The position numbers and the translations under genes were made by a program. The notes beneath the pieces are model-generated. The model saw nothing but the letters and a program-made list of their open reading frames with translations, had not been told where the DNA came from and searched no databases. Positions 24,080-30,973 of a stretch of DNA of 30,973 bases are shown here, in pieces (position 1 is the stretch's first letter; every line of letters begins with the position of its first letter). Origin of the DNA: a virus (lineage: Duplodnaviria; Caudoviricetes); IMG/VR virus record IMGVR_UViG_3300032332_000971, positions 1 to 30,973 of that record; one strand, 5' to 3'.

Positions 24080-25149
24080 TAGATCACCTCACCATTTTCA
24101 CGAAGAAACGGATGATTTTGTCCAAGATAGTCAAAAAGACCGATCCAAAACCGAGCCAATGGAGCAAAGACCCGACCGATCTTATTTTCTCCATAGTACC
24201 ATTTCCCAGCTTGAATCATCGGCTTAACCATTGCCCACTGAACCGAAAACTTAATGACTTTTGACTTCCTCATAAGAGGAACTAGCACTTCAGAGAGCTT
24301 GTAATAGCCCCGTTGGTTTCTTGGAGTCATGAGTTCATCTCTCGCCCTGCGAGCAATTCTGTCTAAAACGCCAGCATTTGCTTCAAGAAAGATAAAACAG
24401 CACCCGGCTGCCTGTGCTGCTTGAACCATAGAAGACCCAGTATCAGAAGCAATACGTTCTTGCCGTTGCCCACCAAGTTCCGCTTCAGTCATCTGGGCCA
24501 TTGTAAGGCCGGGAAGGATATTCAAAAATGCCTGTTTTCCTTCTTGTCCAAGCTCAGTACCCAAGGCACCGCTAAAGGTCTGATTTGCTGCCATCAATCG
24601 ACGTTGTTTTTCATCGATGTTCTGCATGGCGAGAGCCTGTTCGTTTGCCGCTCTCTGACCCATCATTCCTTGTGCGAGTTGTTGCTGACCTGCAGCAGCA
24701 CCACCACCATAAAGACCACCGCGAGCCTGTTGGGCTGCAAGCTGTCGTCTTGCTAAATCCTCTGCGCGTTTAGTCTGGGCAAGTTGTTGTCCGCGAATAG
24801 CGGCAGACTCTTCTGAGGTATAGCCTTCAAGACCTTTAAGCTGTCTTTCAAGTAATCCTTTAATGGACTCTTGAGTGGTAACAGGCTTTCCATCTGGGCC
24901 AGTAGTTGAAAGATCTACTTTGGTCAGTTCTGGGGCTTTTAAGACATCCCCATAATTACCTTCAATATCTGCATATGTTTTCTGTCTATCATTAGCCATT
25001 GCAGCCTCTTTTGCTTCTGGAGTCATCCAGCGGTTTCTGTTTTCTGGCTGAGTACCAGTATAGGGAGTCATAGACCAATCCCCGTGATAAGGTCCTCGAT
25101 CTGCACCGTCATCTGCTCTTTTTAACAAAAAATGTCGTTCTCTTAGCAT
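24079..25149 (-). CDS. Internal virion / pilot-type protein with C-terminal CFI-box-CTERM-like domain
   Basis: Gln/Ala/Gly-rich core (ARGGLYGGGAAAG), then GCCFIF...RRARD...RGYYKLS..LVP. Confidence 0.65.
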   Translation of the reverse strand: MLRERHFLLKRADDGADRGPYHGDWSMTPYTGTQPENRNRWMTPEAKEAAMANDRQKTYADIEGNYGDVLKAPELTKVDLSTTGPDGKPVTTQESIKGLLERQLKGLEGYTSEESAAIRGQQLAQTKRAEDLARRQLAAQQARGGLYGGGAAAGQQQLAQGMMGQRAANEQALAMQNIDEKQRRLMAANQTFSGALGTELGQEGKQAFLNILPGLTMAQMTEAELGGQRQERIASDTGSSMVQAAQAAGCCFIFLEANAGVLDRIARRARDELMTPRNQRGYYKLSEVLVPLMRKSKVIKFSVQWAMVKPMIQAGKWYYGENKIGRVFAPLARFWIGLFDYLGQNHPFLRENGEVI

Positions 25150-25151
25150 TT

Positions 25152-25499
25152 TTAATCCTTTAGAAACGCGACTTTAACTGATGCGACCGTTCCGCCTGTG
25201 TTTTTAAGGCTCACTCTGGATTCTGTCCAAGGTTCTGTGCCGTCTATAATGCTGGAGCTGTTGCTTCTCAGGATTATGCGGGACTTTGGAATCACCCTCA
25301 AGTCATGAACTATGGAAACTTCCGATCCAGCGGGAATTTCAATCTCTGTGATGAACGCCTGAAAGTTATCCACAAAAGTTAGGTTTGTCATCGCCGTTGA
25401 GACTTCCCGCAAATAGTTTGCGAGATAAATCTCTAAAAACCCAATGATTCCCTCAATGGTCTTGGGAACACTGATTTTTTTAATATTGATCAGCTTCAT
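25152..25499 (-). CDS. Small tail-associated protein
   Basis: 115 aa, ATGA overlap with the nozzle gene, beta-rich C-terminal half. Confidence 0.65.
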   Translation of the reverse strand: MKLINIKKISVPKTIEGIIGFLEIYLANYLREVSTAMTNLTFVDNFQAFITEIEIPAGSEVSIVHDLRVIPKSRIILRSNSSSIIDGTEPWTESRVSLKNTGGTVASVKVAFLKD

Positions 25500-28081
25500 G
25501 ACTTCATAGCGAGCTTATAAGGCACCGCCACCTCTAGCTCATAACCCGTAACCACAATGTTTTGTTGTGGCTCTGCGTTTTCCATAATCGTTCTAAGAGC
25601 CTGTGTCCGACCATTAGAGAGCTTGTGCTTTAGGTTATTAGCCTGTGGATCTCCATATGGATCGACACCATATTGACCCAGCCCATATCCGTCTGCACCT
25701 ACCGTCAGGGTAAACTCACTAACCGTATTGTCTCGGATAAAGTTGGTTTCAGTTTTAACCGTAACCGTGAACTCTCCCTCGACCTGCTCAATCGTCCAAA
25801 GCCTAAATGCGATAAAGTTCTTTAGAAGCGATGCCTCACCAAGAAACTCTGGCTTTGCCTTATAGACGCACGAAATGGCGTCAGTATGGTCTTGGTAGTC
25901 CAGATTCGTCCCTGTGGTATGGAATCTATAAAGAGCCGTTCTGCGGGCATCTAATGGATCTATGGACCGTTCTACAAAATAGGTGTCATTGTCTATGGCA
26001 ACAACCCCACCAGCGGCGTTGATATTCTTCCACGTCACCCATGAATCTCTGGAATAATCATACATCAAAAGCTGACTGTTTCCGTTGCAATACCGAATCC
26101 CATCCACTTCTGACTCTGCTGGGATAAACAGCCAATACTGCTGATTTGCTCTGTTGTGGAATGCCCATGCCCGAGACAAAGAAAACCGCTCTTCTGCATC
26201 AACAGAGTGATCTTGCTGAAACAGCGGATCAATCCTCGATACCAGAGTATTTTCCTCAAATACTCCGAGTGCAGTAGGAACTTGTCCACCGCTCATAGTT
26301 CTAGGTCCAAGAGCTGACAGAAAGAATAAGCGTCCTCTAATATCTCGAATAGACTGATGCGCTACGCATCCGATGTCATTAGTAAGTTGTTCGATCCTAA
26401 ATGCCCCGCTTACTACATCACCGGATAGCACATAAATCGCTCTAGACTGGAATAATGCCAGAATGTCGTTGGATGCAGAAATAGCCGTAATTCGGTCGCC
26501 ATCGATACTTTTAACGAGCGCATTGTTTGCTGGATACGGCCAGTATTCCACGTTCTCAATGTCCGACCAGCTCACAAAATTTGGGTTTAAGGTTAGACCA
26601 GCTCCAAACATCAATCCCTGATACATGGTCAGGTATTTGACATTCTGTGGTGGACTTCTATCCGTTACAGGCTCAATAAACTCAACCCCAAGATTTACAT
26701 CAGTCGTGCTGTCTACATAACTCTGAACTGGCGTAAATGAATTGTTTGGAAGCTCTGCGACTAAATACCAAACAGTGGGAGCTGAGGATGCAGACTCATT
26801 TCTCCAAAGTGCGATCTTCAGATTGTTCGAGATCACGGCATTATTCGCCACCGTAACGGCTGCTCCGGCAACCGTGATAGAATAGGTCGGAGCGGTAGTA
26901 TCTACCGCTATAATTTCACGCTCTACATATGCTAAACTCACAGAATCGTAGAAATACGCTGTATCACCGACCTTCATGGTATGAACGCCACCAGAGCCGT
27001 TATCGACCACAATGGTGTTCACTAAAGACTGAGCGCCATCTACAACCGCACATCCTGTATTAAATCCAGATGATGCTAGAATATTTGGAATGTTAGTTAG
27101 AGAGATATTCTGGGCTATTGGACTAATAAGCGAAGCACCCTGAGCTGGATAGTAAATTGCATTCCCCTCAACTAGAACACCGTTTGCATCCTTTTGAATG
27201 TATTGGATCCGATACTGATAATTGTTCCCAGTAATCGAACCAGCAGGAGTAGTGTGGGAAATTGCACTTCCTGAAACTTGAGTCACACTAGGAACGCCAG
27301 CGCGATAAACATTCTGGCCATCGTATTTTTTCAGGGAATCCTGACCTGTAGCAAAAAAGATCGAGTTTTGAGCCTGTACTGAGCTTGCAGGTTCAAAGTC
27401 TGTGTCATCTAGTTTAGCATATGCCCCAGCAAAAGGTGCAGTGGTCCCCGGGCTATTGACGGTTTCCCAATACTTAGCGTCTAGACTGATAGCAGCATCT
27501 ACAAATTCAATATCTGCTTGCGTCTCGATATACGCTGCTGGAACAGATCCATTTCCAGCAGAGAGTGATGCTGAAAACTGCCCAGTCCCAAGAGCGTTAA
27601 TCGCAGTAATCAGGTTTGTGATCGTCACAGGCGCAAGGTCATCTAAACCATTTCCAAGAGAGATACCCGGGCCAGTCGTAGGATACTGTTGAACACCAGA
27701 TGTGGTAGTTTCTACAATATACGCAATATACTCTCCGGCATCCGGACTATAATGTAGACTAAATTGTGCCGAAGTCCCAGATCCAGAGTAGTTGAGTGAA
27801 ATGCTCAAGATTTTTAGTTTCTTGAGTTCATCTGAAACAGATAAAACCTCTGGTTCCTCAACTCCTGTACTTGGATTGATCCGATTGTAAACGAACATCC
27901 CAAGAGGACCAGAGTCATTACCTGTTGGGTGATAACCAGTCCGTTTTTCAAGTGTTCCCAGTTGGCCGGTCGTCAAATTATCTGCGGTATCTGCATATGG
28001 ATCAATCGAAAGATCGGAACTCTTCAGATCGATTCCATACCAGTTATTGTATTTTTTGACGATCGTATATTGGCTGGCCAT
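25496..28081 (-). CDS. Tail nozzle / tail tubular protein B-like (P22 gp10 / T7 gp12 equivalent)
   Basis: 861 aa with beta-propeller-like motifs (ADN...GTLEKRTG, VSWSD...YWP, IGCVAHQSI, LFFLSALG). Follows the adaptor gene. Confidence 0.75.
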   Translation of the reverse strand: MASQYTIVKKYNNWYGIDLKSSDLSIDPYADTADNLTTGQLGTLEKRTGYHPTGNDSGPLGMFVYNRINPSTGVEEPEVLSVSDELKKLKILSISLNYSGSGTSAQFSLHYSPDAGEYIAYIVETTTSGVQQYPTTGPGISLGNGLDDLAPVTITNLITAINALGTGQFSASLSAGNGSVPAAYIETQADIEFVDAAISLDAKYWETVNSPGTTAPFAGAYAKLDDTDFEPASSVQAQNSIFFATGQDSLKKYDGQNVYRAGVPSVTQVSGSAISHTTPAGSITGNNYQYRIQYIQKDANGVLVEGNAIYYPAQGASLISPIAQNISLTNIPNILASSGFNTGCAVVDGAQSLVNTIVVDNGSGGVHTMKVGDTAYFYDSVSLAYVEREIIAVDTTAPTYSITVAGAAVTVANNAVISNNLKIALWRNESASSAPTVWYLVAELPNNSFTPVQSYVDSTTDVNLGVEFIEPVTDRSPPQNVKYLTMYQGLMFGAGLTLNPNFVSWSDIENVEYWPYPANNALVKSIDGDRITAISASNDILALFQSRAIYVLSGDVVSGAFRIEQLTNDIGCVAHQSIRDIRGRLFFLSALGPRTMSGGQVPTALGVFEENTLVSRIDPLFQQDHSVDAEERFSLSRAWAFHNRANQQYWLFIPAESEVDGIRYCNGNSQLLMYDYSRDSWVTWKNINAAGGVVAIDNDTYFVERSIDPLDARRTALYRFHTTGTNLDYQDHTDAISCVYKAKPEFLGEASLLKNFIAFRLWTIEQVEGEFTVTVKTETNFIRDNTVSEFTLTVGADGYGLGQYGVDPYGDPQANNLKHKLSNGRTQALRTIMENAEPQQNIVVTGYELEVAVPYKLAMKS

Positions 28082-29019
28082 TAGGGGTAGAAGTCCTCTA
28101 GTCCAAGGAATTGAGTGTCCAAAATGGTGATCCGATCTGGATCTGCGTCAGGTTCAGCAAACGCTAGTCTGAGAGTTTCTTGGATCTTTGCCATAAGAGT
28201 ACCAGTCTCAACGCTGTCCGCGCTACTGTCTCGCATCAAGATCCGCGTATTGCAGTATTCTAAAAGAAACTTCTCACAGATGTCAGGAAGCTGACTGTTT
28301 GTGGTTGAGTATGCACCTCTCAATGCATAATCCCCAGCCTCAATAGTCTCTCCATCCTCAAAGACAAATCCTGCCTCGATCGTAACGGTTCCAGTACTCG
28401 CAGAAACATCTGTCACCGGGATTCCCTGCATCTTAACTGAACCGTTTTTATCAACAATCGTAATAAAGTTCTGTTCAATCAAAGCCTGATCATCCAGAGG
28501 TTCATCTGTTTTGAGAATGAGTGACGCAATCGTATTCCCAGCTCCAAATGTCACGCTATCTACAGTCCCGCGTCTAATATCGAGCGTCGGAATGGTTCTT
28601 TGATAGGTTACCCGGTATTGACCAGATGCCTGTGGGGCTGGCTGCAGTAAAAACTGAGATCCGTTTCTAATCCAAAAGACCGGACTTCCAGATTTGAAGT
28701 TGATCCGCTCTCTCAGTGAGGCTTTTCTCAAGACATAGAAGTTTTCAGTAGTTGAGAGCGTAACTTCAACCTGATTGATACGAGTTCCAAGAAAACAATC
28801 CCGTGGAATGTCATATCCACCCTGCCCAGAAATAAGAGATCCAATCTCTTCCTTGAGCATGATATTGGGAAAGGTTCCTTGAATGATCGTCTGAATATCT
28901 TCCTGCGCGTCGTTCAGGTATTGAATAAACTCCTCATCCTGAACCCCAGCAGACTCCGTAAATTCTTGGTTTTCGGTCGCCCTGCGGCTCTGAGCGATGA
29001 GTTGTTCAACCCTGCGCAT
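28081..29019 (-). CDS. Head-tail adaptor / tail tubular protein A-like
   Basis: 312 aa. DEEFIQYLNDAQ, YDIP.D and LQPAP motifs with a helical C-terminus. Upstream of the nozzle. Confidence 0.7.
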   Translation of the reverse strand: MRRVEQLIAQSRRATENQEFTESAGVQDEEFIQYLNDAQEDIQTIIQGTFPNIMLKEEIGSLISGQGGYDIPRDCFLGTRINQVEVTLSTTENFYVLRKASLRERINFKSGSPVFWIRNGSQFLLQPAPQASGQYRVTYQRTIPTLDIRRGTVDSVTFGAGNTIASLILKTDEPLDDQALIEQNFITIVDKNGSVKMQGIPVTDVSASTGTVTIEAGFVFEDGETIEAGDYALRGAYSTTNSQLPDICEKFLLEYCNTRILMRDSSADSVETGTLMAKIQETLRLAFAEPDADPDRITILDTQFLGLEDFYP

Positions 29020-29022
29020 TGG

Positions 29023-29280
29023 TTATTCCTCGTATTCTTCAGAATCAGCAGGTTTTTTGCCCTTGAGCTTTGCGACAATCATCGAAACCTTGCCCATATC
29101 TGGACCAGATTCCTCAGATTCACCCTCTTCTTCCATCATGTCTTCAGTCTCTGGTTCAGACTCTTGAGCATCCATAAACTCTTCAATGCTCATGCCCATT
29201 TTATCGAGAACGGACATAAGCTGATCATAGTGCATCTTAGCCGCTTCCATCATTTTTCCGTGCATTTTGCCCTTCATCAT
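29023..29280 (-). CDS. Small Met-rich acidic protein
   Basis: 85 aa, SD GGAG, ATGA overlap. Confidence 0.7.
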   Translation of the reverse strand: MMKGKMHGKMMEAAKMHYDQLMSVLDKMGMSIEEFMDAQESEPETEDMMEEEGESEESGPDMGKVSMIVAKLKGKKPADSEEYEE

Positions 29281-29798
29281 ACTTTTCTCCCCAATGCTGC
29301 TCTCAGATTTGCAATGTAATTTCCAACCGCTCCAACCTTACCACTCGTTACATCTGAAGCTGCTTCAAACTCGCCTTTTTTCTTCATTAACTCAGCGTTC
29401 AATTTTCCTAAACGCTCTGCCTCAATCATTTCATATGCACCTTTTCCAAGGTTAAGCGCACCCTTTGCATACGACTCTGCTAGGTCAATTTTTTCCTTAT
29501 TAGTCAGAGGCTTTTCTTCATCTTCCTCAACAGGCTGTGCATCTACAGCTTTTGGCTGAATCTGAAGATAGTCTGGCAGTTCTGTGGAAGTAGGTTCTTT
29601 TCCAAGCTGAGAAAAATATCTTTCCTCTGCCTTCATCAAAGGTTTTGGAGTCTGTTCCTTTTTCATTGCCTCAATGACATTTGAAATTCGGTTTTCTGGA
29701 AGTCTAATCTCTTCCCTCTGCTCCAAAGGAGTATAGGGCTTTGCGAGAGTGTCGCTGATTTGAGAGGATGGAGCAAAAATAGATCTAGCCATGGTCAC
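29277..29798 (-). CDS. Hypothetical (possible internal virion) protein
   Basis: 173 aa, coupled at both ends. The start may be 29792. Confidence 0.65.
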   Translation of the reverse strand: MTMARSIFAPSSQISDTLAKPYTPLEQREEIRLPENRISNVIEAMKKEQTPKPLMKAEERYFSQLGKEPTSTELPDYLQIQPKAVDAQPVEEDEEKPLTNKEKIDLAESYAKGALNLGKGAYEMIEAERLGKLNAELMKKKGEFEAASDVTSGKVGAVGNYIANLRAALGRKV

Positions 29799-30007
29799 CC
29801 CAGAAGCATCTGACGATAACTGTCAATTACTCCACCCAAAGCTCCCTGCTGTTGTGCTGCCCGTTCTTTTTCGCCAGCCATACCCATCTGAGCTTCAGTC
29901 TGATATGCGTTTTGCATTTCTTGAGCTGTTTTGGCTTTTTGACCAGCGTACATTCCGCCAGCAGTCATCAATGCGCTCGCAATTGCTGCCATACTTGCTG
30001 GATCCAT
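29795..30007 (-). CDS. Small Ala/Gln/Met-rich internal virion protein candidate
   Basis: MDPASMAAIASALMTAGG N-terminus typical of podovirus small ejection proteins. SD GGAGG. Confidence 0.65.
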   Translation of the reverse strand: MDPASMAAIASALMTAGGMYAGQKAKTAQEMQNAYQTEAQMGMAGEKERAAQQQGALGGVIDSYRQMLLG

Positions 30008-30267
30008 TATCTACACCTCCACCGCTTTAGAGCGGCGCCTTTAGGGGTTAGTTTTCCTTTTTCACTTGTAGGGCCGGGCACCCCAGTCATTCTAGCGCAA
30101 AAGCTGCGGCGTCGTTTCTCTCTGTCTCCCGATGGATTCTTTTCTGTCACAGGAGCTTGCAGGTTCGCGCCATGTTCCCGATTGTACTTCTTTCGGTAGG
30201 ATTCATTCAACCCCCCGGTTCTGGAATGCTTCTTAGGATTGTAGCCCTTAAAAGGTCGGTCCGCCAT
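30007..30267 (-). CDS. Conserved basic phage protein (GGLN / RRxSFCARM; probably DUF6321-like)
   Basis: Motifs GGLN, LQAPV, RRRSFCARM and ALKRWRC. Confidence 0.75.
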   Translation of the reverse strand: MADRPFKGYNPKKHSRTGGLNESYRKKYNREHGANLQAPVTEKNPSGDREKRRRSFCARMTGVPGPTSEKGKLTPKGAALKRWRCR

Positions 30268-30268
30268 A

Positions 30269-30796
30269 TCAACCCCAGTTTAATTGAAAGTCTCCGTAAT
30301 AGTTCGTCCCGTCATAGTACAAGGTCACGCAATCAATATCGCCCGGGCCTTGAGCTACATCGATTCCATATTTTTGACTTTGCGCCCAAAGCACTGATGC
30401 TGGCCAAGTAATGTCTTGAATTGCAGTCGAATCCTGAACAATAAAGACTTTATAGGTAGCCCCAGCCTGTGTGTTTGAGAGGGTTACGGCCACCGTTCCT
30501 GTTGCACCCTGCATACTAAGTTTCTGTATATTGCCATTGTTAAAGTTCAGGGTAGCAGCATTGCCAACCTGAGTAACAGTGGTTGCTTGCGTGCCAGCAA
30601 TATTTTTAGCCAACTTTGCAGAGGTAACAGATTCAGACGCAATCGCTGCAGTTGAGATCTGCACCCCGTTTGGACTTCCAGAGTGATCGTGGGCAGAGAT
30701 CTTATCCCATGCCGCCTTGAGCAAATTTGCCCAATTTCTCGTCCCGCTAGTAGGGACAACAAAATTCAGACCGCCATTGATATTTTGATTGCCCAC
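30269..30796 (-). CDS. Virion fibre-type protein
   Basis: 175 aa. AHDHSG..GVQI and VTSAKLA fibre motifs. The C-terminal domain resembles that of 3885-5543. Confidence 0.7.
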   Translation of the reverse strand: MGNQNINGGLNFVVPTSGTRNWANLLKAAWDKISAHDHSGSPNGVQISTAAIASESVTSAKLAKNIAGTQATTVTQVGNAATLNFNNGNIQKLSMQGATGTVAVTLSNTQAGATYKVFIVQDSTAIQDITWPASVLWAQSQKYGIDVAQGPGDIDCVTLYYDGTNYYGDFQLNWG

Positions 30797-30808
30797 GATC
30801 TCCCCCTC

Positions 30809-30973
30809 TTACCTAACGATTTTAGCGCGTGCTTCAGCTCGAAGCGTCTTGATCTCAACCGGACAAGGCACCCCTGCGTCCACTTCGCGGATGATAAGCC
30901 AATCCGTTGACGCGAGGTAGGCCAGTGCTTCAGCGTTAATAGCCTCCTGAGCTACTTGAGCGGTAATGTCATC
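30809..30973 (-). CDS. Tail-fibre assembly chaperone-like protein, C-terminal part (absent from the ORF track)
   Basis: Manual translation: DDITAQVAQEAINAEALAYLASTDWLIIREVDAGVPCPVEIKTLRAEARAKIVR*. L..TDW...R motif. Confidence 0.75.
   Translation of the reverse strand, partial: DDITAQVAQEAINAEALAYLASTDWLIIREVDAGVPCPVEIKTLRAEARAKIVR

Noticed and set aside
1-30973. Stop-codon reassignment, DGR/retron, introns or inteins
   Set aside because: Genes tile tightly in the standard code with normal sizes, and I see no reverse transcriptase, homing endonuclease or intein motifs.

Overview
Most of the genome of a tailed dsDNA phage with a podovirus-type (short-tail) gene set, probably infecting a Gram-negative host (an overlapping spanin-like pair is present). 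Both window ends fall inside minus-strand virion genes, consistent with a circularly permuted genome whose gap lies in the tail-fibre region. Minus strand 13842->1: small and large terminase, portal, scaffold, major capsid, then small virion proteins and two beta-helix spike-like proteins. Minus strand 30973->18675: tail-fibre chaperone, tail adaptor and nozzle, three ejection-type proteins, SLT lysin, holin/spanin candidates and a VRR-NUC nuclease. The only plus-strand (early) block is about 5 kb (13848-18757) with a RecT-like annealing protein, an RHH regulator, a PD-(D/E)xK nuclease and small Zn-finger ORFs. I recognise no polymerase, primase, helicase, Rep or integrase. The most unusual elements are non-coding: (i) a ~600 nt highly structured region (14041-14660) organised like a ColE1-type RNA-primed replicon with antisense RNAs, and (ii) a tRNA-shaped RNA in the capsid operon whose anticodon arm is replaced by a longer hairpin with a self-complementary 9-nt loop. 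All calls come from reading motifs by eye; no searches or folding programs were run.
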